A stretch of 64,000 nt of DNA from Camelus ferus (taxonomy: Eukaryota). The translations under genes and the position numbers were made by a program. Positions 49,381 through 64,000 of this stretch are shown piece by piece (position 1 is the first letter of the stretch; each line of letters starts with the position of its first letter). The notes beneath the pieces are model-generated. The model had not been told where the DNA came from. It searched no databases and saw only the letters and a list, made by a program, of their open reading frames with translations. The stretch lies in NCBI RefSeq assembly GCF_009834535.1, contig NC_045725.1:10912001-10976000 (forward strand), written 5' to 3'.

Positions 49381-52300
49381 GTATCAGATGATGATATAAG
49401 CTCCAGCTGAGAGTTATATACCTGGAAGAGCAGCATACAATTTATAATTAGTGATTATTTGGCTTCATGTATTTCCAGGAACTCAGGGAACTTATGTTTC
49501 TTTTTTTTTTTTTTTTCCACTTATTCACCATCTAAGCATTTGGCCTTTAATAACAGGCTAAATAAACAGCTTAAAAGAGAGCTAGTTCATAAAGCTATGT
49601 TCTCCCCAGGTCTTTTCTTCTCTCTCTTTAAATGGTGCTTCCATGTGAAATACATTTTTCCTCCTTTTATTGCTATCATTTATAGCCAGCATTTTAAAGC
49701 ACCTACCTTTCTCCAGGCACTGGAATAGCCCTATGACTGACTCCTTTACAGATGAGGGGACTGCTTCTCAGAGAGTTTGGGAAACTTAGCCAGAGTTGCA
49801 CAGCTAGTCAGTAGTGAGGCTAGAAAGTGAACCATATTTTCTGACTCCAGAATCAGTGCCTTCAAGCGTCAGTATTGCTTCTCTAATAATTATGCTGCGA
49901 GTTTGTCATTTACCAATCTCTGTGCTAGGTATGTTACAATATATTATCCTGTCGTAACTTCAACAAACATGAAGTGGATGATTCTTCTGGGTTCTTTTTC
50001 AAGCAGTGTGACACTTTTTTGATAATTTTGTGCTTTACTCCTAAATATTAAATGATCAAGATACATCAAAAACTAGTGATAACATCACCCCTGACTAACA
50101 GAGTGTCCGTTGATGAAAATTACAAAGTATGGTGATTCAGCAAAGACCCAGGTCACAACATAATTGACTCAAGCCTGAGTCAGTCCAGGTCCTTCCTTTC
50201 AGTTCCTCTGTTCCTTACATGGAGCAAAGGATGCTGGAACACAGTAGTGACAATTCAATAATCAGGTTCATTGAATGTGTTGCCAGGCAGTGTCAAAGAT
50301 GATATACGCATTACCGCATTTAAACCTCATGATACCAGATGAAACAGGCACCATTACTTTTCTCATTTTAAAAAAGAGAAATTGAGGTCTTGGGAAGTTA
50401 ACTCTCTTGCATAAGATTATACAGCTAGTGTGCTACCAAGCTGGCATTTTGATCACAAAGCTCAAATGTTTAACTGCTATGTTCTACCACTGGAAAAGAG
50501 AAGAGATTATGTATTTCAGGAAAGTTACTACTGCAACCTACAAAAAAGTTACAATGAAAGCATGCTTCTTATTACTGGGACTTTTAAGCAGAGGCGGGCT
50601 GCCTCATTTTAGGACTTTTGCAAATAGCATAGCTTCAAATTGATATTCGGACGATAATACTCATTGAATGATGAGAGGTCAGCCTTGTTATTCAACAACC
50701 CCACCACCACCTCCACTCCTTACACAAAATGCAGAGTGTCCACAGGAGACTTTGGGCATGCCATTTTATTCACACTACTTATCCTCCTCTTCTCCCTCCC
50801 AGCCCAAGAACTGAGATTTTTCTTAGAAGAGCCCTTGCCAATCACAAGGAGCACTGGCTCAGGAGTCAGGAAAAAAGTGGGTCTTATCCCGAGTCACGTG
50901 ACTAACCTAGTGTGTTACTCAGTTTGCTCACTTGCGTGTAAGGACGGTTCACTAACTGAGTAGCAGCAGAAAGAACTCTGTCCTCTTCATACACAAACAT
51001 TCAACTCTTAACTGTATTCAGTGTTTATGTTTCTGGTAAAGATTTCCTTAGAGAGGTGGTTCATTTCATGCTAAAAAAGAAAAAATTGACAGCCACTGCT
51101 CTAAGTACTAAGACCCCATTTGTCCTATGGCTTGGAACGCAGAGTGACCCCTACCTGACGTTCAGAGTTTGTCTCCAGATTCCCCTCTTTTACTTAGTCA
51201 ACTTTATTTCTGCTTTCCTCACTTCATTTCACTGTCACCCCACTGACTTCCTGCGAGACTCATCATTTCTTTTCACATCTGCCTTTCTGTTTGCAGGAAA
51301 CATCATTGGATCCAGATAGAGCAAACACACCCCTAAGTCACAGCCAGGCCACTGGCAGGCTTAGTACATAATTTCAGCCTCCCCAAGCCTCAATTCCTGC
51401 AGCAGTGCAATTAGTGATAGAGAAATCATAAATACCATGTATGCATTGCTTATTATTTGAGTAGAATCTGCACAGGTTTTTTTCCCCCTCATTTAATCAT
51501 CACAAACAGCCAAATGATGTAAGTATTATGTCTGTAAATTCCAGGCTTGCTTACTGCCTCTGTCCACTCCCTTTTAGCAACTGATCCATCACCTTGTAAT
51601 AGAGGAAAACAAACTGACTCTATATTGGATCTGCTCCTTTAATTTTCACCGCTGTGCCCCGCTTTCCAGGCTTAGCCTTGCCAGCTCTGCACCTTTTGGG
51701 AAACAATGTTGCCTTTAGCATGAAACATACAAGAGAGCCTGTTCTTGGGGGCTCTGACCTTTCAGGATGTCAGCACTTCAGCACTTATGTTGAGATCGCA
51801 AGTTGCAAAACAGAGAATAGTGTTTGTTTTGTTGGAGGTTTACAGGGACACCATGACCTGGCCCACATGGACAGCTGCAAGAAGAAACAACCAGGCCTCC
51901 CCGGATGCCTGCACCCTCACCAGCTTGAATGTTTGTTCCACTTACTCATAAAACATTCTTTTCTGTGTATGATTGCTTCGTGTTGATTTCATGTTTCTCT
52001 TTATTTCCACAGGTACGTGTTTCAGGATTGCTACCTCCTTCACATTTCTCAGAGTTCTTAATAAGTGTGTAAGGATGCAATGGCATCAGTGCAATCTGAT
52101 ACATCTTATTGATTGGGAGGAAACTGCAAGGAGCTGTAGGGCACTGGTTATGCTCTCGCCAGCTCTTCTCCAGGTTTGAAAACACACCTGCTGTCATAGT
52201 CTAGTTGCTATTTCTCAGTCAAGCAGGCACTACGATGCCATTTACTGGCTGTTCCTAGATAATGTATGCTTTAGCCAAACCCAGGAATTACACAGTAACT

Positions 52301-53663
52301 TGAACTTCAGTCCAGTGTTGAATCCCACCATCAGCTGCACTCCTGATAAGTCCTTTCACAGTGGTCAGTAAAGGAGTTAATTTTTAAAAGGCTGTTCAAG
52401 TAAAGACAGAAACAATTATGACGGCTGCATTTCTTTTATTTGCTAATCTGCTTCCCTCACTTTTCTCTCATTACCTGAGTAGACAACAAATATTTTGAAA
52501 GTTTTTCAGAGGTAATCAGTTTCCTTAAATAAGGGCAGGGTTGGTAAATTAAAAATAATCACAATAAGAATCATTGTAAAGTGAATAAATGAAAGGAGAA
52601 GAAACTATTAAAGAAGTTATAAATCTCACAGCTAGACCATGGCTAAGAGAAAGGAAGACTAGGGCTGTCCCCAGCAGAGGGAACATGGGCGAAGGCCCAG
52701 CGGTGGGGGTGAGAGACACTGTGCAGTGAAAAATAGAGTGTAAGGGCCTTGGGTCACAGGCATCAGCTCTAGTTTTGATTCTGGACCACTTTCCAGCTAT
52801 GTGGTTATTTTACCTCTGTAATTTATTCTTTCAGGCATACATTTGTATTTAGAAATACTGGATTTGAATTTTATATATGCAATTAAAAAATACAATTACA
52901 CAGTAAGTATGCATATACACTGTACATTTTAACAAAGTTACCATGGATACCATTCCATGTCAGTGTATGAAGATGTATTTTATTTCAATTTTTGCTATTT
53001 TAACAATGCTGCAGTTAAAATAGTTTCATGTTAGTGTGTTTATCTATATGCATATGTTTCTGTAAGGTAAATTTTTTACAATGGAATTGCAGAATCAAAG
53101 ACTATGAACATTTTAACCTGAATAGCTATTGACGTATTCTCCTTTCAAAATGTTATTCCCTACCAATATTGTATCAGAGAGTTTGTTCTTTCTATAACTT
53201 TTTGTCTTTCTTCCTTATATCCACTTATTTTTTTGCTATTAATTATTACTTTTTTAAATTTCAGAGTTATTTACTTTTTAGTTGAAGTATAGCATCTTAT
53301 TTTTAGTTGTGGTATTTTGTAGTATTTTTCTTTTATCTTTATAATTTTATAAGTATATTTTATATTCAAAAGTAACTCAGAAAATTTTAACAAACATTTA
53401 AATTAGTTTCACAGATAAAAGACAGCAGTCTCTTTGTGGGTTTTTTGTTGTTGTTGTTTTAGATTTCATCAGTATACCCTTTACAAAATAACAACTGTGA
53501 TAACCAGCAAATCAGAATGTGTCACATCCTTGAGGTCACAGGTTAAGTGAGTGGTATAACCTGGATTTGAATTCCAGGAACTCTGAACTTGAACTTTGTG
53601 GCTTATCTTTCTAATTTCTGTTTGAGATTTTATATATACATATACACATATATATAGATATAG

Positions 53664-53665
<2 letters not shown>

Positions 53666-53709
<44 letters not shown>
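53666..53709. repeat. (AC)22 microsatellite
   Basis: Uninterrupted AC run, preceded by a TA-rich tract. Confidence 0.95.
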
Positions 53710-53710
<1 letters not shown>

Positions 53711-54520
53711 ACATACATAGATACATGCACAATTTCTCCCATGAGCACGTGAGCAGCTGCGTGGTCCTAGCATTTGCATCTGGATTGTCAATTTTATGTG
53801 CATACAGAACTCTGAGCACTCAACTCAATAACTAGATTTATCACTGAAATGCTTCAAAACAACTCCTTCATACAAATATCTTTCCAGTTCTTTTCATTTT
53901 TTTTTTCAAAAAAACTAAGGACTTGTTAATAGAGTGCAACTAACTCAAATAGAATTTTGCAGAATGACAATGGCAGTAATTTTGTAATTTAAAAAATGAA
54001 GGTCTACAGAAACTTATTAGTGTTTGCCCAGGATGCTCCTAAGTTACCTCCCTGGTTAATATCACTAAACCAGCATTATCATCACCATAATCACCACTGC
54101 CACCATCATTGTCATTGTCATTGTCACTACCATCATTCCTATGGGTAGATCTACTTGCAACTAAATTTACTACTTATGTTTTGACATATAGAGAAATGGA
54201 AAATTTCTACCCATCCTTAAAAGCCATCAATCTAAAATTATTATTGACTAAATACAATACATTGTAGAAAAAATAGTACTTTAGTGCTTTTGTTTTGTTT
54301 TGTTTCTTAAGCAGAGATGAGAGGCCAATAGTAGGGAATAAATGAGAGAAAAGTCTTGAAGTGTTGGAAAAAGAAGAAAGAAAGAACAAATAGAAAGTGG
54401 GAGGCATGATGCAAACTCACAGGAAGAAAGCAGAGAAATAGAAAGGGAGCAGAGGAGGGAGGGAGAGAGGGAAAGGAGAAAGGGAAGGCTAGAAACAGAC
54501 TGATAGATATATACATACAT

Positions 54521-54566
<46 letters not shown>
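54521..54566. repeat. (ATAG)n tetranucleotide microsatellite, ~11 units
   Basis: Directly visible uninterrupted run. Confidence 0.95.
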
Positions 54567-54568
<2 letters not shown>

Positions 54569-57500
54569 ATAGGGAAGTGAAATTGGAATAAAAATCATCA
54601 GATAATTAAATACTTAACCAAGTAATAAAATGACTCTTAAAGCTAAGTTTTAACAGTTGGTCAAAAATGACAAACTGTATGAACAAAGATTCTAAAGTCA
54701 TCTCGTCTAACATAAGATCTTATCAAACTCAAGATTCATTTATGTAAAGTAACATTCGAGAGTCCAAGAGCCAGGAAAAATTGTTCCAGCCTGGTTTTGC
54801 TAATGATGGAGGCAAGCTGCCTCATATAATGGCATATCTAGTGTAAATGAGGTGAGGGTTATCCAATTATTACTTCTTGGTTAAATTTGTAGATCTAGAA
54901 TTTTCATTGCTTCCAAAGACAGACTGAAAACAGAAATCTTAAATGTTTATAATCTTAATGAAGAAATAATCTTTGTGATTTATCAAAGGATTTCCATTCT
55001 CTCCAATTAAGGATAATTCTTAAAAAGGCATCCAGGTACAGTGCTTACCAAATTATCCGGGTCCCTTCTTGAATGCTAGTTGAGTGTATTCTTAGATTAA
55101 ATAGAAGTTGTCTTCTTTCAGCTTCTAGAAGTCTCATTATAAATGTAATGTTCCCCTTTGGGTGATGAACCTGGGCTATAAGAGGTCAGAGTGACTGTTC
55201 GAGCAGCTGTGACAAGGCACAGAATGGCATCATTCTAATCGGCCCCCTTGTGGTTGATTCTCCACTGATGGAGGTGCTAATCCTTAGTCCAGTGAATTTC
55301 CACGCTCCTACTTTAATACTAGGGTGCTCTCAGGGAAAAGACCATCGCCAAGACCAGATCAGCATACTGCTCCACAAGCAGAAATCTAGATCACAGAATT
55401 AACCATTTAATAATTTGTTCCTGCACCATGATCTGTATTTTAATTACAGAATAACCACACATGGTCTCATCCAACAGAGCCATATGCTTCTTAACATGCA
55501 TTGTTCTCTTTCAAGCTTCAGAAAAAAATTCTTTCGAAAACTTTAGTAAATATTGGATAGCGATTGGTATCCTTGAGCAATTCCATGACATAAGTAGAAT
55601 TTCAAATCTATCAAGATTCTCTAGGCTGAGGTAGTCAAACTGACTTCTGTTATGTCCTCACATCCTATTACTTCCTGATTTGCTGTTGCCAGTTTTTTTA
55701 TGTTTGTGTCTCATTCATGATTATTTTAGCACCTCCCCCACTGAGCTCTTGGTGCTTTTCCATTAGACTCCCATTTATGAGTTTGATATTATTTAAATAT
55801 TTGCTTATGCCCTGGATTAAATGGTACTTTTTTAATATTTCTCCACTGATGACCCTTGGTTTGCCCTTGGCTATATTTCCATCTCCCAGGTAGGACATGA
55901 CTATCAGATGATGCAAAGAAGTCAAGAATTCTGCATTTTTGTGGAGAAACACACTTGCCAAAAGTTACAGATGATGAAGTGCTACAATAATTTTGTCATA
56001 ATTTTCTAGCTCCCTGGTCAAATTATTTTTAATATTGAAGATGTCTTTGAAGTTGGATTAACAAAATACCTACAAAAAGGTACACACCAAAAAAAAAAAA
56101 AAAGCTCTATTTTAGTCTGCAGGGCATTGAACTAAATAAAGTTAAAAGATATGAACTGAAACACTGTAATTGCTACTTACCAGCTGTCAATCACTGGGCA
56201 TAAGTATATTACTTATTTTCTCCAAGTCTTGCTCATGTGTATGTTGCCAGAAGCTGAAAGAAGATGACCTCTGTAGTTATCACCTTCCAAATCTCTCAGG
56301 AGTGCATACAATGGGGAGAATCGAATTTACATCCAGAGATCAAGATCTAGGAAGTGTGGGGAGCATGACTTTCAGCGTTCCAACAACTTTCAAAGTGAAG
56401 GTAGGTGGAATGGAGCTCAAGAGAACCTGTATAAACTGCTAATTACGAGTTTAAAATGCGGACTATAGCTGTTCACAGGGGGGAAAGTTAGCTTTTCACA
56501 CAGGGATATATATAAAGGCCAATTGCTTCAAGGTTTCTCAGAAGTAGAAAGTGAAGTCATTGGTTGGGACAGAGGAAAGAGAATAAAGTATCAGGATTTT
56601 TAAAGAGAGAGGAAAAGGTAGAAATACTCCTCTAGCACCATGGTCCCGTATCACTAACAGTCCTAACAGCCCTTTACTTACTTTAGAACAGTGAGAGGAT
56701 GAACGGATGGTGGAGATGCAGTGTGATGGTCTAGGAGCATCAAAGTCTCACTGGAGGTCTAGGTCACGACTGTAAGGGGGATTGGTTAGTGTGGTCCCAA
56801 AGTAACACTCACAGGATGAAGCATGAGTCTAGGTTGAAAATTCACACAGTCCACTAGCATTTTCTGAAGACAAGTGTGAAGTTTGCAAGAGCTGGACTTA
56901 GTCTACTATTTGACTTGGGCTCCTCCTTGTGGGAAGAGAGCCTAGGGGCCAAGTTAGCCAGAAGGCTGTTGGAGCTGCAGAAATTATCATTAACTGGGTT
57001 GCCCTTAATCTGTGCAGGGGCAGGGTTGTGTGGCATGTTCCCCTACTTGTTTAGAAGATCCTCCTGGGAATCGATCTCTATTTGATAAAGGACTTAGTAT
57101 TTGTCATTGCATCAGCTTAGCTTATTTGTCCACAGATGTGACAAATTCCCCACTTAAAAAAAATGTATTGTCAAATCTCTTTAGAAACAAACTTTTCCTT
57201 CTCCCTCCAGGTTAAAGTCTTTGTCTCTATTTTTCTCTGAAAGGTCTGAACAGTGTTGTGCCTCAGTTAAGAATTCCGTAAATGGTGTATCTGGCATCTT
57301 CTCCAAACAGATTTCAAAACATCTTAAATCTGACAGAAAGCTGCTACGACTGCCCTGGAACAGCATCTGTTCCTGATTTTATCCCAAACATTTGTTGCTA
57401 ACTCTTCCTATAATAGGAAGTTTCTTCTACTTTGTGGTACTGATCATTGCAAATGTGGTTCAAAATAGTTTTTGTGGGATAGATTGTTAAAGTCACTTTT

Positions 57501-57959
57501 CCCTCACAGTTTCATTTTCCACCTAACGTGTGTTACAATTCCAGAACCACAGAGCTAGTTTCTTTAGCTTCTGCTTTTTGATGACGTTTCGATCTTCACA
57601 GGGCAGGACAGTTACAGAGTGATAGATACCCGATGATGTGGGATTATTGCAGTACAGAAACCCCCATTCTTTAAAGATGACGGTATTTGTGGATGTATTT
57701 CTCACAGTCCATGAGGCCTTAAAAATTACAATACACTCAAGGTTTAGCCCGATTTGGGGCTGTTTTATAGGGACCAGCACACTTAACTTTCAGGGGTTTT
57801 AGGAGGGTGATTGTGGCTATATTAAATGGCTATTTAAATTTGGGGTTTCAATATTGGGCACATGGATAGGATAGCATTAAGATGGAAATTTGAGACAAAA
57901 ATTACATTTTATGGTAAGGAAAAATGAGTTTAATGTTGATTTTTTCTGACACAGAAATC

Positions 57960-58260
57960 TTATTTGTGTTTACACACATTTACCCCTTTGGGGGGCTTTC
58001 ATTCCTTTCAGCGGATCCAGATTTCCATTTGGTGTCATCCTCTGACTGGAGGACTTCCTGAACCTTTCTTGTACTGAAACCTGCTGTTGATGGATTCCTT
58101 GACTTCTGAGTATCTGAAAGTCTTTACTTCATCTTCGCTTTGAAAGGTATTTTTGATGAGTATTGAATTTTAGGTGGACAAATTTTGTTTGAATACTTTA
58201 AAGATATTGCTCCACTGTCTTCTGGTTTATTTTATTTCTGGTGAGGAGTCTACTGTAAGT
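57960..58260 (-). mobile_element. Ancient L1M internal fragment
   Basis: aaggacttcc-like ggaggacttcctgaacctttcttgta...tctgaaagtctttacttcatcttcgctttgaaagg...ctttaaagatattgctccactgtcttctgg. Confidence 0.65.
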
Positions 58261-61170
58261 TTACTGATGGCAGATCACTTGGGGTACGCATGTGTCTATG
58301 TGAGGGATGTGATGTGTGCTTGAGTGACATCATGTACAAATGGCTTGAGGAGAAAAGTAAAGGAAAAATGTATTTACTGTGTTTCTTTATAAAGAACTTG
58401 ACTCAAGAAATGGTTGAATTAGTCCACAATCTGTGTGGAATAGCAGTCAAAGCTGACAGAAAACTAGCTTCTTTTGAATCAGAATGAAGAGACGTCCATA
58501 CGAGTAACTTTGGAAAAGTTCTGTCTGATGTAGAATTTAAAATGGTTTTTGAAGAGCAGATTTTTAAAAAACATTTTGCTGCCAGTGAATTAGGCTCTAA
58601 AAGCTGTCATTAATTTCAGTCTTATATCAAGAGCCAAATGGATTAATAATGAAATATCAGAGGAGAAGTGCCATCTCTCACTTATATGTTTTTAATGCTA
58701 ATAATGACTTAAGACTTGATAAGAAAGCTGAGAACGAATATGATTTGCATCCTGCAGCTTTCCTAATAAATGAAATGTTCTCATGAAGAACACAGCCTCC
58801 TTTAAGACAGGCTCAGAGCAGAGCACGTCAGGAAGTGACTTGAACTTGATTAAAATTTCTTCTCATAGATTCAGTCAGCCCCTTATCTTGATCTTCAAGT
58901 AGAAGGAAAATGAGAATTTTAAGCCTTAGTAAAACATTATGGAAATGTCAAAATCAGTAAAGATTAAAAAATCAAACTGAAGCTATAAATCAGTAAGTGA
59001 CCATAAGAACCTTCCAGATTTGAGGCAAATAATCGTACTGAATGATCGGACCTAAATGTGCCCAGCAAAGAACTGTCTTTGGTTTCTCTGTCTTTTCAAA
59101 TGTAACTTTCCCAGGAATATACACACTGCTTCTGATTCACAAAGTGAATTTTATCTTTCAGTTACTTCTGAATTTAAAATAAAAGCGGCTGAAGTGGGTT
59201 TTGATGCCATGTTATATTTCAAACATGAAAATTCACCTGTATGTTTCTATAGCAGATTTTATACTGAGTTAGCAATATTCATTCACACACAGTCTTTATC
59301 TACTACTCGAACTATTTTGTATGGATAAAAATTAAACTTTATACAACAAAACAAATATATTAAGATACTTTGCATAGGAAATATGATGTCAAGATTTTGA
59401 TATGAGTATTTGATGTTCACTTCTCACCAATAACATTCATTTTATTTGAGCTATAATTACTCTCTGGGAATATTTTAAATATAAGAAGTCTTTTATAATG
59501 AGCACATAAAGACTTTATTTTGATTTTGATACTGAAATGCATTTACTTTGTGCAGTTAACAGAGCTGTCACCCAGGGTCTTTTCAAGTTGTTCTTTTTAA
59601 TCTTCTTTATTATATAGTTTTCCTGTTTTTAACATGTTAGTGATTTTTTTTGGAAACATACCTTGTCCTGATAACTCCAAGGGTATCCTTTGAGATGGCA
59701 CAAAGAATGTTAACATTGAATATTAGTAAATTAGAAGCTTTATAGATCATGATATTATGGATTTAGAGACTTAAATATAACATCTCTTAGTGATAATCCT
59801 AAAAAAAACTCTTACTGATAAACTCTGTACTTCCAAAAATTATTTCATCTAATTGAGATATTTGAGATTGCATGTTAGGTCCCCAAAATCCTTTCTAAAA
59901 TTATTTTATCATTATTATGTTAATTTTGATAACTATTGGAAAGTTTTAAAAAATTAGTTGGGATACAAAGAAAAAATTGAAGTCTACACACATTTTCATT
60001 GCTCTGCAATAGCCTTGTATGTGTGTAATTGGACATTCTGTAAAAGTACAGTCTTTAATGGTTGCATTAGATCCTAGCCTAATTAGGTCCCACTCGATGT
60101 TTGACCATTCTCCATTGTAATCTGGTAATTCCAGCTTGAATGACTGAGCAGATGATGGAGAAATTTTCCAAAGTTGGGAAAAGTGGGATGAGGGATGAAG
60201 GATTTAGTTGTGGTTCAGAGAGCTTGTGACACCCGTGTGTCCTGTGGCTGGAAGCACTGGGTTTGATATGGGATTCTGGCCTCTTTGGCGATGGCCAATG
60301 TCGAGGTCTAGGTGGGGTCACCGAGGAGGGTTACAGAAGGCAGGCGGCTTCCCCTTCAGGTGTCCAGCAATTTTATATGTCATCTCACTGCATTTCATCA
60401 GGTTATACTTGAAGTGTTCATTTCTTCCATGCTGTTTTAGGGAAGAAAGGTAAAAGTTTGTGTATCTCCACTGTGTAGTGTCTGAAACGGTCTCCAGTCA
60501 CACTTGGTGGCCGCAGTTTGCACGTGGAGGCTGGCGTGGACAACTGTTCGACTCAGCAGCTTTGCTGGGGTCACACCCGCCCGCTGTGCTAAGTGCGGCA
60601 GGCCCTGTGGGAAACCCCCTCTGGCGCTGCTTAGCTCCTCTTTGTCTCCCCGATGTTGGAGGTTAAAACTCCCCGGTGGCTCTCTGAAAATGAGCATCTT
60701 TTTTTCTGTTGACTTTGTATTGTCAGGGTTTGTTACTGTGAATAAAGGACACCATTAAGTGAACATTCAACTGTTAACTAACATTGAACATTCCCAGTGG
60801 AAAAAAGGGACAAATAGCTATGTTTACTTATTTTGATCCCTGCCTTCACTGTTTTTCTCTTGTGGTTTAAGGATATGTAAACAGACAAGAAAACAAACAA
60901 ACCAGAATTGGAGGAGCCCGCATGTCTTCTGTCCTCCTGCTGTATTTCCCCCCATATTTCTCAGGATCTGGTTTAGACCTAATTGTTTCAGTTGAAGCAA
61001 GTGCCACATGAAAGTCTTAGCAGCTGGTCCCAGGAACGATCTGGACATGGTGCTGATGTGCCTGGCCCTGGGGGCCTCGTGGTGGAAGCTTGGTGGAGGT
61101 GCTGTGCCTGTTACAACCAAAGAACTCTTGTGGTCCTTGGAAAGTAGCAGAAGGAAATCCTGGAGCATAA

Positions 61171-62008
<838 letters not shown>

Positions 62009-62092
62009 CTTACGTGTTTTCCACGATCAGACAGCCAGGGACATTACAGCACTCTCTCACTTGGGCGTGGCGCTCAGGGCTTCAGCTTACCA

Positions 62093-62305
62093 TTTTTTAA
62101 ATTATTTTTTAAAAATTGAAGTCCAGCTGATTTACCATGTTGTGTTACTTGTGCAGCGTGGTGAGTCAGTCAGACACATACATACATACTCTCCTTCGTA
62201 TTCTGTTCCATTATTCATTTCCATTCCATTATTACAAGGTATTGAATATAGTTCCCCCTGCTATACAGTAGGACCTTGTTCATCTGTCTTATCTATAGTG
62301 TGTGT
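62093..62305 (-). mobile_element. Artiodactyl L1 3' end fragment
   Basis: aaaaattgaagtccagctgatttaccatgttgtgtta...ttacaaggtattgaatatagttccccctgctatacagtaggaccttgtt. Confidence 0.8.
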
Positions 62306-62840
62306 TTGTGTCTCACAAAACTCATAGCCCTTGGACATTCTAGGGCAATAGAGATTGTCTGTGCAGACTTAGCACAGGTCCAGGCACAGAGCTGCCCACA
62401 GGAAAGGTTCATCTCTTCCCTCCCCTTCCCTCCTGGGGAGTCACTCAGCCTGTTTTCCAGCCTGGGGAAAGTTTCCTGGCTGTCTGTGAAGGGGGCACTC
62501 CTCCCCAGCTGGCTAATAGCCTGGAGCTGTTGCACATCTTGGGTTGTAAATACCCTCTCTGGGTGTCTCTGGAAGGAAGAAAGTAATCACTTTGTGTCCT
62601 GTGAATCAGTCTGCTATTTTGGTAAACAGAGTATGATAATGACTTATTTACAAACGTGTGAATGACTGAAGTAGACACGGGCTGCTTACACAGTATCATG
62701 CTGCTGTTCAATTGGGGATAATCCATTCATATTAAAGCCCTCCCCTTCTTTTTCCTTTTTAACAATTTTTTTAACTAAAGAAAGCAACTTCTTTTATCAC
62801 AGACTCTTTCACAGCACTGATTGTCCCGTCTTCTTCCCAG

Positions 62841-63068
<228 letters not shown>

Positions 63069-64000
63069 TGACGTGGGCTCAGAGTGCCCAGTCCGGGGCT
63101 GTGTTGTGCACAGGCTGTCGTGCTGTCAGTGTGCTGTGTCTGGCGCTCTCGGTTCTGGGATGCACGCGTCCCCAGGTGTGCACTCGCAGGTGTGTTGCCT
63201 CCTCCGCAGACACTGGGGTCGGTCTGAAAGCACTGCAGCCGGGTCCCCATCTTGAAGACAGGGCCACCCCTTCCTGCTCGAGCTGACAGTTCTCTTCTGG
63301 TGGGCAGTGTTCCAGGAGGGAGGGACATGGACAGAGTGGCCGCTCAGTCCCCTGGCTTTTCTAGAATGGGTGCCTCCTACAGAGTCCCTCTCGTGGCAGG
63401 GAGGGGTGGAGTTGGGAAGTTGTCAGAAGTGTAATCCTCCCCATCCTGGCCCTCCCTGCCCCCCTTTCTCCTCCACTACAGGCCTGAGCCTGCCTGTAGT
63501 GGTGTCTCCTGCCCGATTCTCCAGTGGGGACCCAATGTGCACTGCCATCTTGGATGTGGGAGGAGGGGAGAGACATTGCGTCTCCCAAGGGGATGAGCAT
63601 CTGTGTCCTAGAGAGTAAAACCATACTAAGTAGAGGCATACTTTTTTGTATAGTGGGTGTTTGAAAATTGTGTATATATTTGTTAATTTATATTAGAACC
63701 TGAACAAGTTTTTTCAGAAATCCGCCATAAAGTCTGTGCCATTTAGAGGAACCAGGTGGGACCTGCTTGTTGAAAGTGTAAAGTTTGTAGCTTGTGTTTT
63801 TATTAATGCTCAACTCCCCACATTTCTAAATCAGCTCGGAGGAAAGATCAGCAAACCCTACAAATTGAAAATTGTATCTAAACTGCTTAGGTGTTTTCCT
63901 TAATTTTAAAATCTGTGTTTAGTAGCAAAAGCAAGCTTTTCTGGTTGTGCTGATGGCTCACCCATCCTAAGATAACAATCAGATTTGCAACAGAAACATG

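Overview
This is mammalian genomic DNA, most likely camelid. The basis is a Vic-1-like tRNA-derived SINE and cetartiodactyl-type L1 ends, with no Alu, B1, Bov-tA or PRE-1 seen. The window is part of a class II olfactory receptor OR4C cluster with five single-exon OR loci. Two have intact ORFs: OR4C15-like (23269-24201 +) and OR4C11-like (38814-39728 +). Three are pseudogenes: OR4C6-like (9655-10617 + and 48442-49380 -) and OR4C11-like (29728-30622 -). The background is AT-rich and carries L1, L2, MIR and ERV-LTR relics and microsatellites. Three pieces of non-OR gene sequence are embedded in the cluster. (1) A TSD-flanked, CpG-island-bearing retrocopy of a gene I could not identify (3752-5321 -). 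(2) A TSD-flanked, 5'-truncated IRF8 processed pseudogene (41201-42983 +) whose middle appears to be replaced by about 800 bp of foreign sequence starting with a perfect 12-bp hairpin. (3) An intron-containing, frameshifted duplicate of the two PARD3 PDZ3 exons (61196-63011 +). There is also an L1 with its 5'UTR joined directly to the end of ORF2 (457-2638). I found no prokaryotic-type system, CRISPR array, rRNA or true tRNA gene. All homology calls are from recalled protein and repeat consensus sequences, not database searches.
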